Assembly: GCA_026417155.1 (NCBI GenBank)
Contig: JAOADU010000021.1
Location: 521-64,520, forward strand
Direction of reading: 5' to 3'
Origin: Bacteroidales bacterium
GTDB lineage: Bacteria > Bacteroidota > Bacteroidia > Bacteroidales > GWA2-32-17
DNA length: 64,000 bases
Shown here: piece after piece, positions 18,389-27,715 of the stretch
How the letters are laid out: every line of letters starts with the position of its first letter
Numbering within the stretch: the first letter of the stretch is position 1
Made by a program: the position numbers and the translations under genes
Notes under the pieces: generated by a model
The model's input: only the letters and a program-made list of their open reading frames with translations
The model's database searches: none
Told to the model about the DNA's origin: nothing

Positions 18389-19126
18389 ATGGCAATGAAT
18401 TGCATAATCATCGATGATGATAAAATGTCACGAAAAATATTGGAAGAATACATTCAACGCACAGATTCATTAAAACTTCTTCATTCTTATGCCAATGCAA
18501 TAGACGCTATCAATCAAATGCATACATTACCAGAGCCAGTACATCTTATTTTTCTAGACATTGAAATGCCCGAAATGAATGGTATTGATTTTTTAAACAC
18601 ACTTAAACAAACTAACAGTCAGATTATTATTGTTTCGGCTAAAGACAAATATGCAGTAACTGCTTTTGAATACGATGTAACCGATTATCTGCTCAAACCC
18701 TTTAACTATGCCCGATTTTACAAATCTGTTGACCGTGCTTTTAAAAAAATTGACAATTTTATGTCAGTAAAATCATTAAATAACGAAAACACTACCTCCG
18801 AAGAAATTTTTATAAAGAAAAATGCTACATTACTTAAATTAAATTTCAACGACATTTTATTTATTGAAGCCCTCGAAAATTATATTATCATCAATACATT
18901 TGACGAAAAATATACTATTCACTTTACGATGAAAGCTATCGAAGAAAAACTGCCTCCCAATAAATTTAAACGAATTCACCGTTCTTATATCATTAACTTA
19001 AATAAAATTAAAGGTATCGAAGAAAATTCTGTCCTTATAAAAACTAACGAAGGAACCAAATTACTCCCTATTGGCAAATCGTATAAAGAAGACTTAATCA
19101 AAACTTTAAACGTCATTCTCAAATAA
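18389..19126 (+). CDS. LytR/AlgR family response regulator (receiver + LytTR DNA-binding domain)
   Basis: Receiver IIIDDDKMSRKILEEYI ... IFLDIEMPEMNGIDFL ... SAKDKYA. LytTR region: FIEALENYIIINT...RIHRSYIINLNKI. Confidence 0.9.
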   Translation: MAMNCIIIDDDKMSRKILEEYIQRTDSLKLLHSYANAIDAINQMHTLPEPVHLIFLDIEMPEMNGIDFLNTLKQTNSQIIIVSAKDKYAVTAFEYDVTDYLLKPFNYARFYKSVDRAFKKIDNFMSVKSLNNENTTSEEIFIKKNATLLKLNFNDILFIEALENYIIINTFDEKYTIHFTMKAIEEKLPPNKFKRIHRSYIINLNKIKGIEENSVLIKTNEGTKLLPIGKSYKEDLIKTLNVILK

Positions 19127-19127
19127 C

Positions 19128-20318
19128 ATGTTTACACTTCGTGATTTGTTTTTCAAACATGTTGCCCAAACTTCTAACAATTCATTGTCATTTACCGTCA
19201 GTTTTGCAAAAAACGAATTCATCTACGATCAAAACAATAATCCATATTTAGATTGTATTTCGGGCATTGCAGTTAGTAACGTTGGTCACAACAATCCTTA
19301 TGTAGTAAATGCCATAAAAAAACAAGCCGATCTCTTTTTACATACTATGGTTTATGGCGAACACATTCAACAACCACAAGTATTATTAGCCAAAAAACTA
19401 TCCGACTTAACCCACAATCAGTTACATCAAGTATATTTTCTAAATTCGGGTGCTGAAGCTGTTGATGCTGCCATTAAGCTTGCAAGAAAATTTACAAACC
19501 GTAAACAAATAATCGCTTGCCGTAATTCATATCATGGCAGTACTATTGGCGCTATGAGCCTTATGTCGAACTATGAATATTACAGCGCTTATGGACCATT
19601 CTTACAAGATATTGATTTTATTGAGTTTAACAATATTGATTCATTAAATAAAATTACTCAACAAACGGCTGCAGTTATTATTGAACTAATTCAAGGAGAG
19701 GCAGGTTATATTCCCATTCAAAATGAATTTTTAATTGCTCTACACGAAACATGCAAAATTCACCATTGCCTTCTTATTTTCGATGAAATTCAAACAGGAA
19801 TAGGAAGAACTGGAAAATTTTTTGCATTTGAGCATTTTAATATAGTCCCCGATGTCCTTCTATTAGCCAAAGCCTTAGGTGGAGGGCTTCCATTAAGTGC
19901 AATTATGGCAAAAGAGCATGTTTTATCAGCTTTTAAAGACAATCCTCCATTAGGACATCTCACTACGTTTGGCGGAAACCCATTATCGTGTGCAGCATCG
20001 CTAGCTGCCATTGAATTTATCGAAACACACGACATTCTCAAAAACGTACAAGACAAAGAAAAACTATTCTTTAAACTACTTGCCAACCATAGCGATAAAA
20101 AAATTAGAGGACTGGGACTAATGCTTGCCATACAATTAAATTCTGACACTACTGTTCAAAAAATAATAGCTTATTGCTTCGAAAAAGGACTTTTGCTCGA
20201 TTGGTTTTTATTTAATCCTTCTGCTATAAGAATTGCTCCTCCATTAACTATTAATACCGAGCAAATCACATTTTTATGCCAAATATTAAATGAGGCATTA
20301 AATTTGCATGGTTATTAG
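19128..20318 (+). CDS. Class III PLP-dependent aminotransferase (acetylornithine/ornithine aminotransferase family)
   Basis: NSGAEAVDAAIKLAR, LLIFDEIQTGIGRTGKFFAFEH, LLAKALGGGLPLSA, TFGGNPLSCA. Confidence 0.85.
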   Translation: MFTLRDLFFKHVAQTSNNSLSFTVSFAKNEFIYDQNNNPYLDCISGIAVSNVGHNNPYVVNAIKKQADLFLHTMVYGEHIQQPQVLLAKKLSDLTHNQLHQVYFLNSGAEAVDAAIKLARKFTNRKQIIACRNSYHGSTIGAMSLMSNYEYYSAYGPFLQDIDFIEFNNIDSLNKITQQTAAVIIELIQGEAGYIPIQNEFLIALHETCKIHHCLLIFDEIQTGIGRTGKFFAFEHFNIVPDVLLLAKALGGGLPLSAIMAKEHVLSAFKDNPPLGHLTTFGGNPLSCAASLAAIEFIETHDILKNVQDKEKLFFKLLANHSDKKIRGLGLMLAIQLNSDTTVQKIIAYCFEKGLLLDWFLFNPSAIRIAPPLTINTEQITFLCQILNEALNLHGY

Positions 20319-20345
20319 TTTTTGATTAACTTTGCATCAATTCAT

Positions 20346-20731
20346 GGGGCTGACCTGGATTTGACAGCAAGTGAAGGGAATTGTAAGCATGCCGAGCCAT
20401 GAGAATACGCTCGTTAAACAGGTTCTCAAGCCAATAAATGGCAACGAAAATTATGCACTCGCCGCTTAATAAATAGCGGTTTTATTCGTCGGCTCTAGGA
20501 GTCGACGAACGAGCACCTCGCAGAAGCCCAGTCCCTGTGGCGTCTGAGCACGAGGTGTCGTAAAACAGGGATAGATATAAGCTTGCTTCGGGCTTATATC
20601 GAAAAAATAGAAGCTAAGGTATGCGTAGGTTGCTTGTGACCAGCGTATGCCCGACAATCAATCACAAGCTAAGCATGTAGAAAGCAATTTTGTTCCTTGT
20701 TTGGACCCGGGTTCGACTCCCGGCAGCTCCA
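20346..20731 (+). ncRNA. ssrA: tmRNA (SsrA)
   Basis: 5' GGGGCTGACCTGGATTTGACAGC pairs with 3' GGACCCGGGTTCGACTCCCGGCAGCTCCA (tRNA-like acceptor and T arm). The internal tag ORF GGC AAC GAA AAT TAT GCA CTC GCC GCT TAA TAA at 20440-20472 encodes GNENYALAA. A T9 run follows. Confidence 0.92.
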
Positions 20732-20787
20732 CTATAATAGTTTTTTTTTCACATAATTTAAACCACCAAACTTTTAAAACATTACCT

Positions 20788-21234
20788 CTAAAAAATACTT
20801 ATACCAAATTTTACTAAAATTATAATTACTGCGTATCGCAACGATTTTCCCAAAAACATTAGAATCCATACACGAGCAGCGTCTGCTTTAAACATTCCCA
20901 GCACTAATGCTAAAGCATCTCCTATTCCGGGCAACCACGATAAAAACGCAGCCCATGAGGTATATTTTTTTACAATCAACGTTGCTCGTTCTATTTTTTG
21001 TTCTGATATTTTTAAATATTTCGACAACCATTGGGTTTTGCCTAATTTCCCGATATAATAATTTGTCATTCCTCCCAAAGTATTCCCTGCCGAAGCTACG
21101 AGCCATAACAAAAACACTTGATAATTTAACCCAACCATTACTGCCAACACCGCATCAGAACTAAATGGAATAATTGTTGCCGATAAAAAAGAAACAACCA
21201 ACAACCCTATATATCCTAAATCTGTCCATTCCAT
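20788..21234 (-). CDS. YqaA/DedA-superfamily small membrane protein
   Basis: 148 aa, 4 TM segments. SATIIPFSSDAVLAVMV...GNTLGGMTNYYIGKLG resembles the YqaA family. TAATG overlap with cvpA. Confidence 0.7.
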   Translation of the reverse strand: MEWTDLGYIGLLVVSFLSATIIPFSSDAVLAVMVGLNYQVFLLWLVASAGNTLGGMTNYYIGKLGKTQWLSKYLKISEQKIERATLIVKKYTSWAAFLSWLPGIGDALALVLGMFKADAARVWILMFLGKSLRYAVIIILVKFGISIF

Positions 21235-21749
21235 TACTTTTCATCCTTTTTATCAAACTGTAATTCTACAAAATGAATTAATGATGGAAATGCCGTGGAT
21301 ACAAATGTATTTATAGGTTTAAATAACAAGGACTTTTGTTTACTTTCTTGGCTAATAATCGTTTCATTTGCATCAAATTTTTGTATTAAAAATAAAAACA
21401 ATCCTACAATTAATAATCCTTTCAAAAGACCAAAAAAAAGTCCTAAAATTTTATTAATAAAGCCCAATCCTGTAGTAGAAAAAAATTTATCTGCTATCCA
21501 AACCCCAATCTTCATAAACAACAATGCTCCTAAAAAAGTTATTGAAAGTACAATCAACTTAAAATATTTTGATTGGGATGAAAACATTCCGGCTAACCAA
21601 CTTCCTACAACATCAGAAAAATGAATCGCTACATAAATAGCAATAAATAATGCTATTGTTGAAAATAACTCTTTAAAGAAACCATTTGTCAGACCTTTAA
21701 AACCAAACCATAAAAAAGGAACAGCCAAAATGATGTCTAATATTTCCAT
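21234..21749 (-). CDS. cvpA: CvpA family membrane protein
   Basis: MEILDIILAVPFLWFGFKGLTNGFFKELFS N-terminus and 4 TM topology are typical of CvpA. Confidence 0.75.
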   Translation of the reverse strand: MEILDIILAVPFLWFGFKGLTNGFFKELFSTIALFIAIYVAIHFSDVVGSWLAGMFSSQSKYFKLIVLSITFLGALLFMKIGVWIADKFFSTTGLGFINKILGLFFGLLKGLLIVGLFLFLIQKFDANETIISQESKQKSLLFKPINTFVSTAFPSLIHFVELQFDKKDEK

Positions 21750-21783
21750 AAATAACTATTTTTGTGTAAAAATAATCATAAAA

Positions 21784-23301
21784 ATGCCAATATTAAATTC
21801 ATTGATACATTGGTTCAACATTAAACGCATTAACCAAATTGAACTGATGAAAAAATATCCCCAAGAGGTACAAAACGAACAACTTGCCAATTTAATCACA
21901 AAAGCACAAGACACAGAATTTGGTAAAAAATATTCCTTTAAAAAGATTGAAACACCTCGTCAATTTTCTGAAACTGTTCCATTACATGATTACGAACAAT
22001 TTAAACCTTACATTGAATCAATATTAAACGGGAAACAAAATGTAACTTGGCCTTCAGAAATTAAATGGTTTGCAAAATCGTCCGGAACAACCTCATCAAA
22101 AAGCAAATTTATACCTGTTAGTAAAGAAGCACTTGAAGATTGTCATTACAAAGGAGGAAGAGATGTTATTGCTTTGTACTTAAAGCAGTTTCCTGATAGC
22201 GAAATTTTTCTGGGTAAAACACTTGCATTAGGTGGAAGTCATAAGATTAGCGAATTTAACAGCGATATTTATTATGGCGATTTATCGGCAGTACTTATGC
22301 AAAATCTCCCATTCTGGGCAGAATTTTTACGCACCCCAAATCTTAACATCGCCTTAATGGACGAATGGGAAGAAAAAATAGAAAAAATGGCTCACGAAAC
22401 TGTCAAACATAATGTAACTGTCTTAGCAGGTGTCCCTTCGTGGATGGTTGTATTAATTAAACGAATATTTGAAATTACCGGCAAAGATTCTTTAAATGAT
22501 ATTTGGCCCAATTTAGAACTTTTTATTCATGGCGGTGTTAGCTTTGAACCGTATCGTCAGTATTTTCATTCATTTTTTAAAAATAAACCCATACGCTATT
22601 TAGAAACTTATAACGCTTCGGAAGGTTTTTTTGCTATACAAGACCATTTACATGAGCACGATATGTTATTAATGCTCGATTTGGGAATTTATTATGAATT
22701 TATTCCCATGAGTCAATGGGGGAAGCCCGATGCTCAAACACTTTCCATTTCTGAAGTTGAATTAAATACTCCGTATGCCGTTGTTATTAGCACCAATGCA
22801 GGCTTATGGAGGTATATTATTGGCGATACCATTAAATTCACATCACTTTATCCGCATAAAATAAAAATTACAGGGCGTACCAAGCATTTTATTAACGCTT
22901 TTGGCGAAGAGCTTGTTGTTGAAAATGCCGAAACAGCTATTAGAGTTGCTTGCGAGAAAACAGGAGCTGTAATTTGCGAATACACAGCAGCACCAGTATT
23001 TATGAATCAACAACAAAACGGAGCACACGAATGGATATTTGAATTTGAAAAAGAACCCGAAAATATGCACTTTTTCATGCAAGTGCTTGACAATACTTTA
23101 AAGCAAGCAAATTCTGATTACGAAGCTAAACGTTATAAAGACATTACACTCGCTTTTCCTAAGTATCATATTGCTAAAAAAGGAACTTTTCATGAATGGC
23201 TAAAACGGCATAATAAACTTGGAGGCCAACATAAAATTCCACGACTTGCCAATGACCGACAACTCATTGAAGAATTGCTTATGTTACAAAAACATCTATA
23301 A
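21784..23301 (+). CDS. GH3-family (acyl-acid amido synthetase-like) protein
   Basis: WFAKSSGTTSSKSKFIPVS (adenylation P-loop-like), YNASEGFFAIQD, YIIGDTIKFT. The likely ATG at 21784 (MPILNSLIHW) lies downstream of the track start at 21730. Confidence 0.85.
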   Translation: MPILNSLIHWFNIKRINQIELMKKYPQEVQNEQLANLITKAQDTEFGKKYSFKKIETPRQFSETVPLHDYEQFKPYIESILNGKQNVTWPSEIKWFAKSSGTTSSKSKFIPVSKEALEDCHYKGGRDVIALYLKQFPDSEIFLGKTLALGGSHKISEFNSDIYYGDLSAVLMQNLPFWAEFLRTPNLNIALMDEWEEKIEKMAHETVKHNVTVLAGVPSWMVVLIKRIFEITGKDSLNDIWPNLELFIHGGVSFEPYRQYFHSFFKNKPIRYLETYNASEGFFAIQDHLHEHDMLLMLDLGIYYEFIPMSQWGKPDAQTLSISEVELNTPYAVVISTNAGLWRYIIGDTIKFTSLYPHKIKITGRTKHFINAFGEELVVENAETAIRVACEKTGAVICEYTAAPVFMNQQQNGAHEWIFEFEKEPENMHFFMQVLDNTLKQANSDYEAKRYKDITLAFPKYHIAKKGTFHEWLKRHNKLGGQHKIPRLANDRQLIEELLMLQKHL

Positions 23302-23303
23302 TT

Positions 23304-24035
23304 ATGCTATTTTATCTTTTAATGTATTTTACTGTTTTTACTAACAATCCATATAAGAGTATTTCAATAGAACATCAGGCAGTTTACTCCGATATTTTTC
23401 AATCTTTATATATTCAGCAATATCATACACTACAAAAACTCGACACAAATGGCACAGTACTTTATACTTATTCTAATGCATCGCTTGGAAATGTTACACA
23501 TGTAGATGTGAGCAATCCGCTCGAAATTCTTGTTTATCATAAAGAATTCAACACCGTTGTTTTTCTATCTAATCAATTAAATGCTATTACACAACCTATA
23601 TCGTTAGATATGCTATTTTTAAAAAATGTTCAGGCTATTTGCCAATCCAAACATGGCGGTTTTTGGGTGTATGATGCCAATCAAATGCAGTTAATTTTAC
23701 TCAATAGTTCACTAACAGAAGTTTACAAAGGATCTAAAATACCCATAGAAAACATTACAAACATGCTCGAATTGGGCAATTATATTTATATATCATCACG
23801 CAATAGGGGCATTTGGAAATTTAACCAAAAAGGCGAATTTATTGAATTTATAGCTATTGAACAACTTCAATCAATAACAACTTTTAAAAATCAATTAGTA
23901 TTCATCAAAAATAATGAAATTGTATTGCCTCACAATACTAAAATACAAGTAACAGACTCTTTTCAAGACATTGTTTTTTTAAGCAACACATTTGTAATTT
24001 CTCGCAATAATCAATTGCAATTTTTCAAAATATGA
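23304..24035 (+). CDS. Hypothetical protein (beta-rich), probably co-transcribed with the GH3 gene
   Basis: 243-aa ORF starting 2 nt after the GH3 stop. I recognised no motif. Confidence 0.5.
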   Translation: MLFYLLMYFTVFTNNPYKSISIEHQAVYSDIFQSLYIQQYHTLQKLDTNGTVLYTYSNASLGNVTHVDVSNPLEILVYHKEFNTVVFLSNQLNAITQPISLDMLFLKNVQAICQSKHGGFWVYDANQMQLILLNSSLTEVYKGSKIPIENITNMLELGNYIYISSRNRGIWKFNQKGEFIEFIAIEQLQSITTFKNQLVFIKNNEIVLPHNTKIQVTDSFQDIVFLSNTFVISRNNQLQFFKI

Positions 24036-24040
24036 CAACT

Positions 24041-27022
24041 CTATTCGTCAATTCTATTTCCTTGACTATCAAAGCGAATTACTTTAATTTTTCTTGATTT
24101 TTCAATAATATAGAAAGGCATAAATAAATTATCGAATTTATCGTCAATATTAATTTCAAAATGATTCTGTAGCAATTGTAAACGATTGCCTAATATACTT
24201 TCATCCATGCTTAATGTATATTTGCCAGCAGGTAAATATAACTCATAATATCCGTTCTTATCGGTCAATGCAGTATAAACTTTATGATTGCTCGCTACAA
24301 TTTTTATACGAGAAACATCTAATTTAAAGTCGGCTGTAGGAGAGTTAGGATCTCGCTGAATAAATACTTTTCCTGTAATTTTTACACCTCTAATGAACGG
24401 AATATCTACCACAGTATTTTTGTTTACCACTAAAGTGTCGCTTATATTGGGAAACCATCCTTTTAAATCAACTATCGAAAATGCTGTAATTGAATAAACT
24501 CCTAAAGGTATATTTTTAAGTACACATTCGCCTCTTTCGTTTGTCATCACTTCCCATCCGTTTACACGAATAACCACATTTTCGAGTACTGTTTCATTTG
24601 CATCACGCTTAGCATTTCCGTTAATATCATAATATGCTTTAAAGGTTATAGTTCCATGGGTTGGTTTTACAAATGGCACAGGAATTCCAAATTCCTTTCG
24701 CACACCTAATCCTATGTAAATATTATGGGTCCAAGTAGGTTCTTTTATCTCATTTTCAGGATTATTCATGAAATAATAATAATCGGGCAAAATATTACGA
24801 CTATCCTTTGCAAAATTTATTTCTGTAAATATTCTAAAACGCCATCCAGATCGGGTAAAATACATCATTTCTGGTGTAAAATTTATCTGATTGCCACTTA
24901 AAGTACTATATGAATAACTAACTAATTGCTGATATATAAATGATGGATTTTTAAACTGATGCTGATAACGACTGCTTAAACCGATAGATTGAGGATTTTT
25001 TCGGCTCTGATTGAAAAATGATTGTTTTGAAAAATTAAGATTGCCCAGTGTATAACGCAACATAAAGGAAATGGTTCGATATTGTACAAATAAGGCTGTT
25101 TGTGTAAAAAAATAATCGTTGCTCAATGTATCCATGGCTCGGTTATAACCACTTCGAATATTGAAGAATGAACGAATATTTTTTTCTAAGTTGTAATTAC
25201 TAACATTAAAACCCACGCCCCTTGAATGCACATCAAAATTCATAGAACGTGAAGCATGATAGAATAAAAATGGATTGTAAAATAAGCCATTTCGGTTTGT
25301 ACGAGTTACATTTAACTGATTATTCAACAAATAATTAGTATAAAGATTTGAAAATACTTGTGTTTTATATCTATAAAAATTATTTTGTAGTTGAATGTTC
25401 CATACTTTTTTTAGCACAACATTATTTGACATATTAGCTACAATCCGTTCGTTTTTAAAAATTCCAAAATTGGGAGAGGTATAATTTCCGTTTAAATGCA
25501 AATGCCAAATATTTTTTATAGGACTTCCTGAATAATAGGCACCAAGCATGTACCCCATTTTAATATAATTAGAATCGTTTTGCACGCTTCGAGTACCACC
25601 TATGCGTAACCCAAAGGTATGATATTTCAATGCTTTTACTGAGATATTTGATTGTGCTGCATCAATAGTTGTATTTGTATTTTGGTTAATACTTCTGCCT
25701 AAAATTGTATTGGTTCTAATAATTTTATTTTCGAAGTAATGATTTATTCCAAAACTATAAATTTTTGGCATAAAACGAAAAAGCTCAGGCGAAGCAATAT
25801 AAAAAGCCCCTACTCTATGATTTCTGGTTATGTAATACTCACCACGCAGCCCTTTGCCATTCTGATAAGTTCCAAGCAATCCTGAACTAATGTTGCCCAA
25901 CATTACATAAAACTTTCTATGATAGTATGCTAGCGAATAAACAGCATTTTCGTATGGAATAGTTGTAAAATAATTCGAAAAATAAGTCAATTGTGTTTGA
26001 TACATTAGCAACGAACTATCTTTTAAAAACATATCGCCTCTTAAATGTAAGGTCATCATCGGTTGTTGTCCCAAAATATTAAAGATATTTGCATCTAAAA
26101 TTAAAGGAACAGTAACTGCACCATATTTATTAACTTCCCAAGAATCTGATAACTCAACAAAATCGATACTATTCCCTGTTCTAAATTTTCTTTTCTCGCT
26201 CGGATTTGGCGAAAAACTATTAAAATTTAGCTTATATTTTTTAGCTTCACCTGTAGTTCCTGGACGATAATCTTCTACATCTATTAATTTAAAATTTCTG
26301 GGTGTTTGAAATTTATTAAATGTATAATAGAATTCTGTATCAGCAAATGCAGGTAATGTTACAGCAATTGGAAATTTTACTTCTTTATCGTTTAAAGAAT
26401 CTTTAATTAATACATCTTTTCTAAAACTACTTGCTTGCAATATAATATCCTGCTCTTCTGTTGATTCGTTAATAATTCCTACCCTGAATGGCATTGACGT
26501 AGTGTTATGTGGCAAATAATATTTATTTTCGGAAACTGTTAATGCCCACCGAATATTTTTTTTCAATAATCCATAAAAATAATTCGTCCCTAAATGGTTG
26601 CCTTTCTCATCTGTAATAAAGGCATGAAACATAAATCTTGTATTCCCTTTAAATTTTTCTCGTGGAATTATATGAACCGGAACAATTAAACTATCACCAA
26701 CTTCAATTTCGTACAATTTATGATTTTTTGCTATTACTTTCCATTCAACTGGTATAGTATAATCTATATATATTTTTAATTTTTCAGAAGAAATATTTGT
26801 AACAACTAACACATTAGCAATTAGTTCACCTTTTTGAAATTCTACAACTTGCTGTAAAAACCGTGTATGAATTTTTCCATTATTGTTGCGTAGATTATTT
26901 GAAGATGTTAATGTATTGTTAGGCGACTTTAGAGTATCTGTTTCTTGCGATATTGCCGCAGAAAAAATTAATAAAATAATTATATGAATTAATATTATTT
27001 TCAAACTTTTACGGTATTTCAA
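24041..27022 (-). CDS. 993-aa predicted outer-membrane protein: N-terminal Ig-like region, central beta-barrel-like region, C-terminal CarboxypepD_reg/SdrD-B-like domains (usher-like candidate)
   Basis: TTG start with signal peptide KYRKSLKIILIHIIILLIFSAAISQE. The 14-nt overlap with the upstream gene suggests coupling. Residues about 320-770 are rich in alternating aromatic/polar strands (e.g. YSLAYYHRKFYVMLGNIS, GAFYIASPELF, FTQTALFVQYRTISFMLRYTLGNLNF). C-terminal YYDINGNAKRDANE...VIRVNGWEVMTNERGECVLKNIPLGVYSI and TDKNGYYELYLPAGKYTLS. Confidence 0.7.
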   Translation of the reverse strand: MKYRKSLKIILIHIIILLIFSAAISQETDTLKSPNNTLTSSNNLRNNNGKIHTRFLQQVVEFQKGELIANVLVVTNISSEKLKIYIDYTIPVEWKVIAKNHKLYEIEVGDSLIVPVHIIPREKFKGNTRFMFHAFITDEKGNHLGTNYFYGLLKKNIRWALTVSENKYYLPHNTTSMPFRVGIINESTEEQDIILQASSFRKDVLIKDSLNDKEVKFPIAVTLPAFADTEFYYTFNKFQTPRNFKLIDVEDYRPGTTGEAKKYKLNFNSFSPNPSEKRKFRTGNSIDFVELSDSWEVNKYGAVTVPLILDANIFNILGQQPMMTLHLRGDMFLKDSSLLMYQTQLTYFSNYFTTIPYENAVYSLAYYHRKFYVMLGNISSGLLGTYQNGKGLRGEYYITRNHRVGAFYIASPELFRFMPKIYSFGINHYFENKIIRTNTILGRSINQNTNTTIDAAQSNISVKALKYHTFGLRIGGTRSVQNDSNYIKMGYMLGAYYSGSPIKNIWHLHLNGNYTSPNFGIFKNERIVANMSNNVVLKKVWNIQLQNNFYRYKTQVFSNLYTNYLLNNQLNVTRTNRNGLFYNPFLFYHASRSMNFDVHSRGVGFNVSNYNLEKNIRSFFNIRSGYNRAMDTLSNDYFFTQTALFVQYRTISFMLRYTLGNLNFSKQSFFNQSRKNPQSIGLSSRYQHQFKNPSFIYQQLVSYSYSTLSGNQINFTPEMMYFTRSGWRFRIFTEINFAKDSRNILPDYYYFMNNPENEIKEPTWTHNIYIGLGVRKEFGIPVPFVKPTHGTITFKAYYDINGNAKRDANETVLENVVIRVNGWEVMTNERGECVLKNIPLGVYSITAFSIVDLKGWFPNISDTLVVNKNTVVDIPFIRGVKITGKVFIQRDPNSPTADFKLDVSRIKIVASNHKVYTALTDKNGYYELYLPAGKYTLSMDESILGNRLQLLQNHFEINIDDKFDNLFMPFYIIEKSRKIKVIRFDSQGNRIDE

Positions 27023-27656
27023 CTAAACAAAAATGAATTTTAATTTGATATGTTCCAGGTCTTAAAGTAAACCCTGGTATAATTCTGTAATCTATGGTAA
27101 AGCTATATTCATTATAATTCGTTAAGTAGCTTCCTGCTCCATTCGTAGGGTTTAATGAATTGCAAGTGCCCGCTGGATTAATATTTGGCAAACTTGGTAT
27201 TATATCTAAAATATCGTATTGATTGTTTCCTGCAAATATTTGAAATGTACCACTACTCACAGGAGTCCCGCAACCATTATAAACTTTTACTTGAATTAAA
27301 TTTAATTCAGGAACATTTCCAGCACTTCCATAAGTATTTAAAACTTCCCACTGATTGGGGGGTAAAGTATTATTATTATCAATGTACATCAACAAACGCC
27401 ATTTACAACTTCCCGGATTTATCTCATCTATTCGCAAACGAAGCTGTGTTGCTCCACTAATAGTTTGCCCACTTATATACTTTTTTATATCAGAAAATAC
27501 AAAATCAACATTACCTGGAGTTGTCATATAAAATCGGCTTGTACCGCTTATAGCATCAGAACAATTTGATGTCACGGGATTTGTACAAACCTGTGCATGT
27601 AAATTATTAATGCATAAAAATATTATAATAAAGGCGATATTACTAACTCTTCTCAT
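27009..27656 (-). CDS. Secreted 215-aa protein, paralog of the 258-aa protein (candidate minor/tip subunit)
   Basis: Signal peptide MRRVSNIAFIIIFLCINNLHAQ. Shares MTTPGNVDFVFSDIKKY and YSFTIDYRIIPG...RPGTYQIKIHF with the upstream paralog. Cys-rich, unlike the paralog. Confidence 0.7.
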   Translation of the reverse strand: MRRVSNIAFIIIFLCINNLHAQVCTNPVTSNCSDAISGTSRFYMTTPGNVDFVFSDIKKYISGQTISGATQLRLRIDEINPGSCKWRLLMYIDNNNTLPPNQWEVLNTYGSAGNVPELNLIQVKVYNGCGTPVSSGTFQIFAGNNQYDILDIIPSLPNINPAGTCNSLNPTNGAGSYLTNYNEYSFTIDYRIIPGFTLRPGTYQIKIHFCLVEIP

Positions 27657-27666
27657 ACCTTATACT

Positions 27667-27701
27667 AATAAAGGGTTAGCTTTATTTGCTAACCCTTTAT
27701 T
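27667..27701 (-). terminator. Strong stem-loop between the two subunit genes (intrinsic terminator/attenuator candidate)
   Basis: 14-bp perfect stem (core AAAGGGTTAGC / GCTAACCCTTT) with a 7-nt loop. On the minus-strand transcript the GC core is followed by UUUAUUAGUAU. Confidence 0.55.
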
Positions 27702-27715
27702 TTCTAATTTATCTA

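Noticed and set aside
19790-20149. 119-aa antisense ORF inside the aminotransferase gene. Similar long antisense ORFs occur at 46314-46646 (polA), 52541-53048 (fabF, two ORFs), 56239-56598 (anmK end) and 21295-21624 (cvpA).
   Set aside because: Each overlaps a gene with unambiguous conserved motifs on the other strand. Their sequences are low-complexity and motif-free. They are typical shadow ORFs.
20466-20657. 63-aa minus-strand ORF.
   Set aside because: It lies entirely inside the tmRNA gene.
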